A stretch of 64,000 nucleotides of DNA. It comes from Octopus sinensis. Its lineage: Eukaryota. The stretch lies in assembly GCF_006345805.1 (NCBI RefSeq), contig NC_042999.1:46996001-47060000 (forward strand), given 5' to 3'. Below, piece after piece: positions 27,045 to 40,019 of the stretch. The notes under the pieces are model-generated. The model ran no database searches. It saw nothing but the letters and a program-made list of their open reading frames with translations, and had not been told where the DNA came from. The position numbers were made by a program, and so were the translations under genes. Positions within the stretch are counted from its first letter, which is position 1; each line of letters begins with the position of its first letter.

Positions 27045-27254
27045 TATCTTGAAAGAGTTAAGCTACTACCATTACCATACTCCTGTGCATTTAATTTCAT
27101 ATGCAAACGCAGGTATGCGGGATAACATTAATATTAGAAAACGCCTTTTATACACTATTAATGTCTATATTTCTAATATGAAATTATCGGCATTGAATTG
27201 TAATTTTTATTTCTGTTATTTTAATTTTTTTGCCATAAGAAATGCGTTCTAGTT

Positions 27255-27649
27255 TTCTCTTTTACTCTTTAACTTGTTTCAGTCATTTGACTGCGGTCAT
27301 GCAGGAGCACCGCCTTTAGACGAGCAAATCGACCCCATGATGTATTCTTTGTAAGCCTAGTACTTATCCTATCGGTCTCTTTTGCCGAACCGCTAAGTAA
27401 CGGGGACGTAAACGCACCAGCATCGGTTGTCAAGCGATGCTGCCGGGACAAACACAGACACATAAATACACACACATACATATATACGACGGGCTTCTTT
27501 CAGTTTCTGTCTACCAAATCCACTCACAAGGCTTTGGTCGGCTCGAGGCTATAGTAGAAATCTCTTGCCCAAGGTGCCACGCAATGGGACTGAACCCGGA
27601 ACCATATGGTTGGTAAGCAACCTACTTACCACACAGCCACTCCTGCGCC
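27255..27649 (-). mobile_element. tRNA-derived composite SINE, family AB
   Basis: Head ggcgcaggagtggctgtgtggtaag and ggttccgggttcagtccc; complete tail. Confidence 0.9.
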
Positions 27650-27663
27650 TATAAATGTGTGAC

Positions 27664-27781
27664 GCTTACAGCACCTACATTTCTCAAGCGGTCTCCCATC
27701 TAAGTACTAACTAGGCTCGACGTTGCTTAACTTCGGTGATCGGACGAGAACCGGTGCTTTCAACGTGATATGGCCGTAAGC
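27664..27781 (-). rRNA. Dispersed 5S rRNA copy, probably a pseudogene
   Basis: Minus strand GCTTACGGCCATATCACGTTGAAAGCACCGGTTCTCGTCCGATCACCGAAGTTAAGCAACGTCGAGCCTAGTTAGTACTTAGATGGGAGACCGCTTGAGAAATGTAGGTGCTGTAAGC (118 nt), with terminal stem GCTTACGGC/GCTGTAAGC. The 3' domain deviates from the usual animal 5S (GGGAATACCGGG) and no T4 terminator follows. Confidence 0.9.
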
Positions 27782-27829
27782 CTTAGTAAAATTCTATAAC
27801 ATAGATGTTGTTAACTTGTAGACAGATTA

Positions 27830-28030
27830 AGCTGGCAGAATCGTTAGCATGTCAGGGAAGCAGCCTGGTGATATTTCGTCCGTCTTTATGTTCTAAGTAC
27901 AAATTCCGGTGGAGTTCAGTTTTGTCTTTCATCATTTCAGGGACGATAAAATAAGTACCAGTTGAACGCTGGGGTCGAAGTGACTTATCCCCTCCTCTCG
28001 AAAATACTGTCCTTGTGACAAAATTTAAAA
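27830..28030 (+). mobile_element. Family C SINE, diverged
   Basis: gctggcagaatcgttagc head; core ttttgtctttcatcatttcagggacgataaaataagtaccagttg. Confidence 0.75.
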
Positions 28031-28349
28031 ACAAGGCTCTCAGAAATGCATTCTATTATTATAATTTTTGCAATTTATACAACACTCATTTTGAAGTCAC
28101 TTCTTTCTGAACTATATTTCTTTAGTGCTCATAAACATATCCTAATAAATATCCCGTGAGCGTTTCCCCCAAGAAACATAGATGATAATTATAATCCCAA
28201 TAATGTATCAGTTATTGCTACAGTTATTTAACTTATTTCTATAATTACTTCATGAATAATTTCGCTGTATCTTATCCTGCTGATTAATTAGGTTGGGTTC
28301 TAAGATGAAAGAAATTGAATCATCATGTTAAAAGGCATATTGAATATTA

Positions 28350-28560
28350 GTTTCAAATTTTTGGCACACTGCCAGCAATTTTGAAGGAAGGATTAAGTCG
28401 ATCACATCGAGTCTAGTTTCCAACTGGTACTTATTTTATCGATCTCGAAAGAATAAAAAGTAAAGTAGACCTCGCTGGAGTTTGAACTCAGAGAATATTA
28501 AAAAAAACGAATAAAATGCCATTAAAACATTTTTCCCTAACGGTTTTGCCAGCTCTCCGA
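28350..28560 (-). mobile_element. Family C SINE, diverged
   Basis: Minus strand gagttcaaactccagcgaggtctac...tcgataaaataagtaccagttgg. Confidence 0.7.
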
Positions 28561-30057
28561 TTTGAAAGAAAAACATTTAGAGAATATTAATATATCATAT
28601 TATTTAAATCTTATTATGTAAAATTAATTATTGGTAAGATTTAACTTTATGCACTTAATACCACTCACATGAATAATTACACATCAGCTAAACTTAGATT
28701 TGTATTTGTGTACTAAATATATACACGTAAAATATTAGCAATTGCCACACTTATAATTACTTTAAAATTAATAATAAAATCAATAATTAACAAATTTGTT
28801 TTTCATTTTCTTGAATGTACATATTAGAATTATTTTTACATACATTATATCAAACGCATTTATAAAAGCAATTATTTTCCAACTAAAGTATGTCCGAAAC
28901 ATTTAACACCCACCCCCACCCCACAATTACACGCACACACTCTCACACACACATGCTCATGTATATCATATGTGGAGAATCACACATACAGATACGTGTT
29001 CCAACAATAAATAAACATAATAATATATAAATTAAGACCTTCCTTTGCATTGGCACTTATTCCGATGAAACTAAAATATCATCTCAAAGACTCTCAATAA
29101 GATTTATTAACATGTTACGGTATATCAATTATTATTAGTAGTAACTCTTAGCGTCTTTTGGAGTTTTGTACATATTTCAGTGTAAACTAAGAACAGTAAA
29201 CCTTCATTTTAACCATGGCAAATAACAATTTCATTTTTAGCATTACATCACAGTTCATTGTACCAAATTCTCGCCATTTATCCCCATTATTAATTTCATC
29301 ACAACAAAATACACGAATTTATACAGGTCTCTATTTAGCGCTGGCTCCTCCTATTCCATTTACGCCGAATCGCTGAATAGCGCTACCCGTCCTAGAACAA
29401 TGAAGTTTATATTGCAAGTGGGACAGGTCTCTCGCGTCGGCATGCATCGTCTGAATTTCTGGACTCAGCTTCAGAATAGGAGATAGCAACTCCGAAATGC
29501 AAGCGTCCCGCAGTCTAGATAGGTACGCTGTGAACTGACTTTATGTATTTACACCTATCTGTTTAGAGCGAGGAATATTCTCTACAACGAATAACACTGA
29601 ATGTCTTTCTTACAGCTCCAGATATACATGAGGCATATTTGAATCGGTAACAAGTGTGTATTTATACACATCACTGTTTTCACAGTTTAATGTACACAGC
29701 ATGTTGTTATGTGCTACAAATTCTTTCATACGTTGGAGACATTGTCTAGGCAGGGTTCTATATCACGCCTAGTGTCTCCAAGTAATCTTGAGCTTCTAAT
29801 CCCATGGCCTATAGAACTTATAAATTAAGACGATAACTTCCATAGACCATGCACTCAGAGCATGAAGGATAGTTGAGGCAAGTAGGCATGTTATTAAAAC
29901 CCACTTTGACCGACCATGTCTCATCTTATGAAACTATTAGTAGCTCTTACCTACGTACCATTTACATTAAACGATATTTATCTCTCACCAGATTGAGTAC
30001 ATTTTGGTGATGCAGTTTTGCACCAATGACGTCGCAACTCATTTCGAAAGCTTAGTA

Positions 30058-30175
30058 AACTAGAGTAACGGAAAATAAAGTGCCTTGCTCAAGAACACAA
30101 CACATTGCCTATCCGAGAATAGAACTCACACTTTACGATTGTAATCTCGACGCTCTAACCACTGAGCCATGTGTC
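30058..30175 (-). mobile_element. tRNA-derived SINE head (family D) with CORE-like segment; related pieces at about 44975-45240 (+)
   Basis: Minus strand tggctcagtggttagagcg (A box), gagttctattc (B-box-like), then tgtgttcttgagcaaggcactttatttt; 44997-45025 has tgtgtccttgagcatgacactttatttt. Confidence 0.7.
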
Positions 30176-31584
30176 ATCTCTATAATGTAGACAGCAGTGC
30201 TTACATTTGACATAGTTTATAGCACTCACTTCTACTATTTGAACTTAAAAGATACAATATCCGAGTCTACAAACCTACTGGAAAAACTCCAGTCCATTCC
30301 CACAGATATATTTCAATGATATAGAGGCCACTTTCCACGACTAGTTCAGAAATAAGCGACCCTACCCCGTTCATGTTTGGCTGATAGATATGGCATATAA
30401 CTAGGTAGCCATAAAATAACAGGTTATGTTTTTTCAATACTTAACGACAATCCATTAGGAGAGAAACAAAGATATAATTTCAACGTGCATGATATGCTTA
30501 GTTATGAATCATTCAGATTAGGAACTTACAGTTGAAAACTTATAATTTTTCAAGCTTACGCTATTGTCAGAAGAAGCAAGTTCACCTACCAACTCTCTCC
30601 TTCTGTACTCAATATATATATATATATATATATATACACATGAGGCGTGTATGCGTGTGTCACTGTGCGTACTAAGAAATTTATTTGTGAGCTATATTCA
30701 CTACAAGAGGTATTGCATACTTTTCCATTCTTCGTTCAACTCTCCCTCTGTATGTCTGTGTGTCTCTCTCTTTCTGTCTGTCTGTCTGTCTCTCTCTTTC
30801 TGTCTCCGTGTCTCTCTCTCTCTCCCTATCTATCTATCTATACAATACCATAGAGAGATTGATAGACAGATGGACTACAAGTGGTCAGTTTACGTTTTAA
30901 GTTTACATACGTAATTTGCATATCGAATTTTACACGTAAGGAAAAACAGTATAAATTTATACAAACATTTTTTTTTTCAATACAAAATAAATGAGTGGCG
31001 AAACATATATTTATTCGGAAAAGTATACAAATAATATATAAATCTATTCATGCATATACGCAACTAATTAGTTATATATAATTAATTGATGCTGAGATAG
31101 AAATTTTTTTCTTTGCAGACATTCATTCATATTCATTGTTCCTTTACACTTACACTCATATTTTGCAATTTTTCAGCTTTCATGCAAAAGCGATAGATAT
31201 ATAATATATCAGATACATGCATATATACTTTCATTCTCTTATACATATATACATGCAGATATACATAGATAAACATAAATATCTAGATGTATACATATGT
31301 ATATTTATATCTATGGTTACATATATATGCACATATATTTATATATAAATATGTATGCATATACTTAGGTGTGTGCGTGTGTAAATATACATATACTCAT
31401 TTATGTTAAAGTCAGAATTAGAATGTTATATTTATATATATATATATATTTATATATACACATGAATATATGATATGTGTATATTTACTTCTATCTACAC
31501 ATATGCATGTATGTGTGTATGTAGATATATACATATATGCGTGTATATATATATAATATATATATATATACATACATACATATG

Positions 31585-31708
<124 letters not shown>

Positions 31709-32005
31709 ATATGTATGTATCGTGACCTGGGAGTCTACTTACCAGTGCAGTCATTCAAAGATGTATTCATGCACACTTGCAGAAAAAAGAACACGCATTG
31801 TACATGCGTGAGTATATACACTCAAACTTAGATAATATGTTAAGATATCATTGCAGCTATTGATAGTGTTGAAAATGTGCTCATATCTTAAGTAAAAAAG
31901 AGTAACACATTTTTACTAAGCATAGCATACTTGCTCTCGTTGAAGAATTACTAAGTTTGTTTTAAGTGTTAATAATTGAAGTTCTTGCAGAATATCTTGT
32001 AAATA

Positions 32006-32565
32006 CTACGAGTTAGCATTTAAATTTACATCGGGCTTTCGTAATGGCTCGATAACCAATATAACAAGTGATGATAGAAAAGAACCAATAAGGAAAATCC
32101 AAAACAAGAAACGGTCCATGACAAGAGCAACGAGCTGCCACTCCAAGACTACTTCCTCGTGGTCATCTGCTTCCTGCCGCGAAACCAAAATTTTCAAATG
32201 TCTTGTGATTCTTTCTCCACCGTGCCCATGGCTAGTGCTTCCTCCACTCTTATCTGTTGTCAAAGCGTTACTAGGAGCAAGCGTTCCGTTGCAATTCGCT
32301 GGATCACTGGGGCATGTACTATCCACATATGTTGTCAAACACATGTCTTCTTTCGGGATATCATCTGTCAGTGCATACCTCCGCCAAGGTTCGCGCCGGC
32401 CGTGTGTTGAGATGCACACAAGTCGTGCGAGAAAATTGAAACTCAGTAACTTCAACCATCTGGCCACGGGCTTTTGCTGTGGCCCAACGTGATGGAGTTG
32501 AAGTACAAATACAGTCAGAATTATTGACAACGACGTCATACCCATTGTCACCGTCAAGTAGATGC
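32006..32565 (-). CDS. Terminal coding exon of a nicotinic acetylcholine receptor-type (Cys-loop ligand-gated ion channel) subunit: M3, M3-M4 loop, M4, stop
   Basis: Minus strand reads tttgtatatttgcAG|GC ATC TAC TTG ACG, a pyrimidine-rich phase-1 acceptor. It gives (G)IYLTVTMGMTSLSIILTVFVLQLHH (M3), PVARWLKLLSFNFLARLVC (MX helix) and ITRHLKILVSRQEADDHEEVVLEWQLVALVMDRFLFWIFLIGSFLSSLVILV (MA helix and M4), then TAG at 32008-32006. The frame is uninterrupted. Subtype is not assignable by eye. Confidence 0.93.
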
Positions 32566-33225
32566 CTGCAAATATACAAAAAAGAAATATCTTATATTAG
32601 ATATTCAATTAAACGGAAGATATGAACGAAACAATCATATTTATACCTATATGGCAAAACCTCATACACACACGCAATCACAGACACGCGCACATGAATC
32701 TGAAATCTTCCAAATAATAGCAGCAACATTATACTCAATATAGAACCTTTTACAATTCGTTATCAACACTTAATACTTACCTCCATAATATTCTAGTTTA
32801 GATACGTACAATTAAATAATTTTAAAATAGTTTCTGAAATATATATCTATATATATATATATATATATATAAAAAGGTGTACCGTCATCTTCGGCATATA
32901 TGCCTTAGGAAAGAAATTTTGTCTCCTATTGATATTAGAGCGCCGTCCAATCTACTTCTTCCAATGCTTTTCTTACACTAATACATCGCAGGGTTGGAAC
33001 AGAAGTCATATTAAAAACAATAGAATTGAACAGAAACAATCTCAACCATTTTCTATTGTTGCCCAAACATCATGAGCGTTTCGGCACACAGTAAAAGCAC
33101 ACAAAGGGAGAAAATTGTTTCTACAGATTTCGTAATGGAAGAAATGTATAAATATAAATCCATCTGTATGTCTGCCGTTTAGTTATATATATATACATAT
33201 ATTTATGTGTGTGTGTGTGCGCCTC

Positions 33226-33307
<82 letters not shown>

Positions 33308-33417
33308 CATCTATCTATCTATCTATCTATCCATCCATGTATCTAACTATCTGTCTATCTGTCTTTGACGCTCTGTCTGTCTGTCTCTCGCTCTCTCTCT
33401 TTCTCTTTATCTCTCTC

Positions 33418-33459
<42 letters not shown>

Positions 33460-35979
33460 CAAAAATGCTAGTGCTAAAAAAACTCTAATATATGAACGCA
33501 GTACTTGTACTAACATGTATTATTCGTAGGTACTTCAAACAGACTATACTACGATTTTTTAACACAAAGAGGACACCTCCAGTATCTGGGTAACGATGCA
33601 GTTATATATATATTGTCAATTCAGTTAAACAGATAAAAAACGAAATGAAGAAACACAACAAATGTGAGGATGTGCACAAGAAGTATATTAGTTTGGCGCT
33701 CGATGAGGGGAGAGAAGCAAAAATAAGTAAAAATGAGAAAACGCCCCTTAAACCGTTCCCATCACGAAATGAGACAAATAACCAAGAAATCAGACAACGT
33801 TTTCGCATAGATATTGATTACTGTCACTAATGTCTAGGGGTTAATGACGATAATATATTAAGATTAGCGGGAATATTTAAACTTTTGAGGCTGTCAACGC
33901 TTTCTCTCCATAGATACAGACAGACATAAAGTGAGAGAGGTGGTTAGAAAAAAGATTGGCAGAGAGACGAAGCTGTCAAACCTCGTTACAGAGAGAAATT
34001 GGAGGGAAGGAAGGAAAGAGAGAGATGGAGGCAGACGGGCAGATATGCGAAAGGGAGAAACGACAAACACTTGTCAAAGTGTGGGTTTTGTTGCCCTAGT
34101 AACCAGAGCTTTTAAGATAGGGATTTCTAACCTAGCCCACTCACTTCCTTGCCTCTTTTTCCATGCTCATGTCAATTTTGGAGCTAATCCGTCCCCATCT
34201 AGTGCCCCTTAACCCGTTCCAATCGCAAAATGAGACAAAAAAAAAACTTTTCGCATTTCACCTTTATAGATATTGATGATGATAGGGAAAACGTTTGCTT
34301 ACTGAAGTTTAATTACATATTCTTATAGCTTGACCATTACATAGAAGCTTTATGAAATGATTGTGTGAATTATTTGAGAGCTTCATTGTCAATAAAAGTT
34401 TTGAAAAATAGTGTCTATTAATTAGATTCTGTTAAAAATTCCTACACTAGTAACTATATGTTTTATGCTTAGAGAAGAGCTCAAACGCTCCTATGAAATC
34501 CCCGCAATCTCTTACTAAAATGTATATATACAGAACTGACAGCTAAAGTTTCCATGTTGTGAAACTGAAAATAACCCATTGATGAAAATATAGTGAAAGT
34601 GACACTGGGTATAATGATAATTACTCTTGCTTGAGCAAAGATCACGCTGAACGGAATCATATTTAGTAGCTAGAAAAATAACAACCATAAATTTCCAGGA
34701 AGAATAAACAAGCTATAATCCAAATATGTGTGTATAGGAATATGATATAAATTGAAGTTTATTTGAGGAAAGTAATCATAAAGTATTAATAGAATCTGGC
34801 AGTGTTTACTGTATGTGGAACATTACAAATGAATGATAAAAAATTAATTCTGACAATGCGAAGAATGAGATATCTTTAAAAATGCTAGAAGTTCAAAAAG
34901 CAAGATGATTCTGACTTTAAATCTGCATTAGAAAATAGCGTAGTCTAATTATACTGTAGGAAGTAGAAAGTTATATCCCATTTTGTAATATTTGCAACAC
35001 GAATGCATATGACGTAAAAGTCTGCCTTCAATATCACGTTAAAAGGTTAAAGGTTATTGTTTCTAGTTATTATTTAACTTGTTTTTTCAATTAAATCTGT
35101 TATTTAAAGATGTAGGGTAAAAAATCTCATATGCAAATATGTTCATTACAATTATAATTATATAAAACCTACATACATACATTCGCACCCATTATCACAT
35201 ATATAGGAGAAATAAATTAATGACCACGCACACAGTTACACACACACAAATGCACCCATATATACACATGAGTTAACATTACTAGATTAAGTATTTTCAC
35301 AAAAAAATGAGACATCGTGATATGGTCTCAAGACTCTTTGAATGTGAACAGAAAAAGAGATCCATCTCTTTAATTTCAAAGCCTATTAAGAGCGTACTGG
35401 AGTTTGATGAAGCATTTTATTTCTTCAAATAGAATAATATATACAACTATTTACATAATACAGAAAAGCAAAAAATTAAATTGGCTACTATGTTCTACAT
35501 CGAAATGCAAGCGTTTGAATCCTTTAAGAAATATCAAAAATAAAAACCCGGACGTGTATTACAAGAAAATCACGTATTTTCCTGTAATTATTAAACTCTG
35601 TTGGTTGAAAACGTGTTTTTACTGAGTGGACAAAAAGAGAAATCGACCCGAAATGTTTCATCAAAGACAATCATGTGTTTCTCAAAGTGGAACAGTAAAT
35701 TATAATAGCGTTTAAAATTTCATTTATTTAATGTAATCATAAAAGATTACATGATAATATACAATTCACCATCATCGGATGAATTTCTAAACAGGTAAGA
35801 ATTTATACAGGTAAGATTTGAAATATGGACCTGCACATGGCCAGAAGTAAATTGTACGTATTCTACAGCAAGGACCCTCCCGTAGGTCAGATCTAATGTT
35901 TAAATTGAGTTGGGTATTGGGATATCAACGACATCGTGTGTGTCTGTGTGTGTGTGAATATTCACCCACACTTACCGCT

Positions 35980-36036
<57 letters not shown>

Positions 36037-36194
36037 TATATATGTATATATATGTATATATATATATATGTATATATATGAATATATATATGTATTATAT
36101 ATATATATATGTATATAGACATATATACATATATATGTATATATACATATATATATAATACATATATATATATATATATATATACATATATATG

Positions 36195-36262
<68 letters not shown>

Positions 36263-38360
36263 TATATATATGTATATATATATATGTATATATATACAGA
36301 GAGAGAGAGAGTGAAAAAGAGAGAGAGAATGTGAGAGAGATAGAGAGTGAAGACGTCTTCCACATAGTTTCTATGTACTAACTTTACCGATAACATATTG
36401 TTTGGCCAGTGGCTATCATTGTAGTCACTTATCTAGGTTTTTTCCCTGTGGGACTGAACAAAAAATCCCTTGCTTGCATATCGGACTTAATCATTACACA
36501 GGTATTCAATTTAGAAGAGTAGTGTTCACTGTGTAAGCATATAAACTAAAAATACAATTTTTGAAATAACGCATTTCTGGTAATTTACTGGACACGTCGC
36601 AAATATATATAATACGGACAGAGAAATATAGACAGATATGTAGAATTTCAACATACATACTGATAAATATAATCTAAAATTGCATTACATAAAACTAAAT
36701 TTAAGATAAAATGGTTACCTTTTGCAAACGCTGTAAAGTGTTTTAAATTATCGAAAGAATTTACAATAATTTAAGGGCTTTCAATCAGCTTATTTCCTTT
36801 GTTTTTACTTCTATGCCCTTTGGTAGTATGATCAATAAAAACTAATTTTCTATAGAAAGATATAAGCACGGATGAATAAAACAATTTTCAGTTTTGCAAT
36901 GTTACAGATGATTGCGCCCTAATGCAATCCGGCGTACGGCGCCCTAATGGAATCCGACGTACCGCAACCAAATTTTCCTAACGAAATATCTTTGTTTACT
37001 AAATATGCATAACGTATTAGCAGTACTTTATTTTTATGAAAGTACCGTGTATATTTTGTGCAGGTGCGTTTTTCATATTGCATTTTCAATTTAAGCCTCA
37101 CTTCAGTTACTTTAGTCATATGTATTTTAACAGAAAATATGTATATATAATTTAGAAATAATTATTATTGATGCTCTGAAGCACAACCTGAACGAAAGTT
37201 TTGGTTTAAAATATAATTTATACATTTTGGTGATATATTCAAAGCAAAACGTATGCTAATGTATAGCGAACTGTAATATATCTAAGGACGGGAAATGCTG
37301 CGCTAATAGCGTATATCTATTTTCAAGGCGATATTTCTGGTAAAAAAACAACAACAGTATATACCAAGAAGGATATAATTATATTTCAAATGAAATATAT
37401 TGATCGAAAACGCATCTTTGTGAACAATAACACATCTGTCATGCTTAAAATATCTTTTTGTCAATCTATGAAATGATTTTTAGTAAGTGTAAAATGTTTT
37501 GTTTTTTTTCCCTTTACGTTTGAAAATATCTCTCTTGAAGAGAACTAGGATTCAAAACCTGTTACCGAGCAACGCATATCAGAAGAAATACTGTTTCTGA
37601 TTTTGGTAAAAGATAACAAGCATAATAATAATCAAATAATAATGATACACTCAAATACAAACTTACAGTTTTAATACAATCCATAAGTGAATAAAGAAAA
37701 CGTTCTAACGAAATATGAGAAACTTATGTAAAATATGTTGTCAAAATTTACATCCTCTACAGCATAACATATTCATGAGTACTACTGCTACATTATGACG
37801 TTCAATCACAATTTCATTATGTATTTCTATCAAACTGAACCATTGGAAATAACATGGCGTAACTACAAACTTACAGCGATGAGTGAACAGTCCTAGCCAC
37901 TAATTCACGCATCTTACGCTTCAGTATATGGTAGCACTCAATAGATGTGTCTGGCAGACTTTAACCTTTACAAATGCTAGAATGAGCATATACTGAGGTT
38001 GCTGAATAAGCAAGGAGAACTAGATAAGTATTTAGGAAAACAGTAAAAGGATAATTATTAAGAATAATGGTATTTGTTACAGCACATTTACTTAGGAGTA
38101 ATTATACACGAAATATTTATCTGTTGGCCATCTTTGTATGGAATTTGTGTGTGCGATAGACAACCTATTTTGGGAGAGAATTTAATGATTAAATGAAATT
38201 GTTCACACTTGATTTTCTGTAGGTTTAGAAATGAAGATTTTGTTGTTAAAAGTATTAACTTGACACATATGTATCACATTTATTGAATTTGGATCAATGC
38301 GATACAGTGTGTGACCAATATGTGTTTTTGAATTTCTGAATATACTAATCTCACAAACTA

Positions 38361-38926
38361 TTGGGTTGTCCGGAAAGTTCGTGCAGATTTTTAAAGGAAA
38401 TAAAAAGTTCAATAAATACTTGCCATTACATTTTTAATCAAACAAATATTAACCATTTTGTTACACAATGTGTCTCCATCTTTCCTTTAACTTGAAAATA
38501 CCCTCTTCCCAGAATTGAGGTGGTTTCATGGCAAAGAGTACATCAAGGTATCTTTTTACCTCATCCAAGGAATTGAAAGTTTTACAATTAAGACTATTCT
38601 TCAGAGATCTGAATAAGTAGAAATCCGAAGGAGCAATATCTGGTGAATATGGTGGGTGGAGTAACACATCCCATCCGAGCTGCAGCAATTTTTGTCTGAT
38701 CCTCAAAGCATCAAGAGCCGAGAATGAACGTTTTTATCTTCCATTTTAAAGGGTTACAGAATTAACACAGATTATATGAACATAATTCTTCTTCCATGAA
38801 AATATACCTTAAACTGTGCTCTAAATGGAAGTGCAGTCAAATCCTATTTTATGAACTCAACCATGTTCTAAAATAAGTCGGAAGGTAAGTTACTATAAAT
38901 CGGCACGAACTTTCCGGACAACCTAA
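38361..38926 (-). mobile_element. Internally deleted mariner (DD34D-type) transposon with intact ends
   Basis: 30-bp TIRs with 2 mismatches (38361-38390 / 38897-38926), flanked by TA on both sides. Start MEDKNVHSRLLML (ATG 38744) is joined to the C-terminal RQKLLQLGWDVLLHPPYSPDIAPSDFYLFRSL...GIFKLKERW. Confidence 0.95.
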
Positions 38927-40019
38927 TACTTCACTATTTCCTCCTAGTAAATTTCAATCACGAAGCAATAACAGGCCAAGTTGCCGCAGAGCGCTCAAGT
39001 TGGCCAAGTTGCCCTAGTTGCCCATATTGTCGCACATTTGGTCATACTGCAACTACAAATTACTATAACTACTAGATTCAGCATACTATTTCTTTATGCA
39101 CAGCATGGTTCATGGGACAACTCAACATGGAATACTCGGTGTCAAAAATCAAAATAGTTTTCCTTTGGCCAAATCGATTAAATATGAATGAAATTGTTTC
39201 ACTGCATTGACACCATTGAACATTTTGAAACGATATAAATGATAAAATGTCTTTGTTTTTAACCTTTGTGACGACAGACGGTTGAGCCTAGTCTTAAGAA
39301 ATGGACTAATAAATTTACAATGACTTGAGTTGCAGAAATATTGAGATATATTGATAACAAATTAACATATAATAAAATTCTACGTAACATACATTGTCAA
39401 AGTTTCACTTGCTAATGTAATTTTCAGCAAGATTTCAGTCTTTTGTTGCTGGTTCTTAAAAGTGGAAATTCTACAGCATTTTAAAGAAATCTTCTCATAC
39501 ATGTTCCACTATGCGAAGGAAATTTACTACGGATATTGAAAAACTAGACACCTTGGATCTGAAGTTTCATAATAATTTAATAAACGATGTTAAATTAGCC
39601 ATGTAATTGACTATGTAATATATAGTTTGAAATGTTGCAAAGGTGTGAAGATAAGGAAAACAAATAACGCATTTATTGTAATTTATTGACCACGTCACAA
39701 ATAAAATACGGACAGAGAAATATACAAAGATATGTAGAATTTTAACATGCATAATGATAAATATGATCTATGATATATTTTCTATTTATATAATTTATAT
39801 CATGGTTTTATTCATTTAAATACTAAGGGATATTCAGCCAAATGTTTGGTAAATCTTTATGATCATGTTATTTTATTTTATTTTGAATAAAATAATCTTT
39901 TGAATTTCCAATTACTTTTAGATAATCTAAATTAGATATGTTTCGGCGAAAGATTGGCCCATAGCACGTTCAACTTGATAGCACCACATCATAGAATCTA
40001 TTAAATCGTTTCTAAGTCA

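Noticed and set aside
30100-30175. tRNA-like sequence with A and B boxes
   Set aside because: It has no acceptor-stem closure and continues into a SINE core. It is a SINE head, not a tRNA gene, and the same holds for the AB and C family heads.
32765-32835. Strong minus-strand donor GAG|GTAAGT about 200 bp upstream of the exon
   Set aside because: All three frames from the nearest acceptor hit stops, and there is no receptor-like sequence.
32885-32960. Minus-strand GDKISF resembling the nAChR M2 entry motif GEKISL
   Set aside because: It is followed by LRHICRR-stop rather than a hydrophobic M2, and there are no suitable splice sites.
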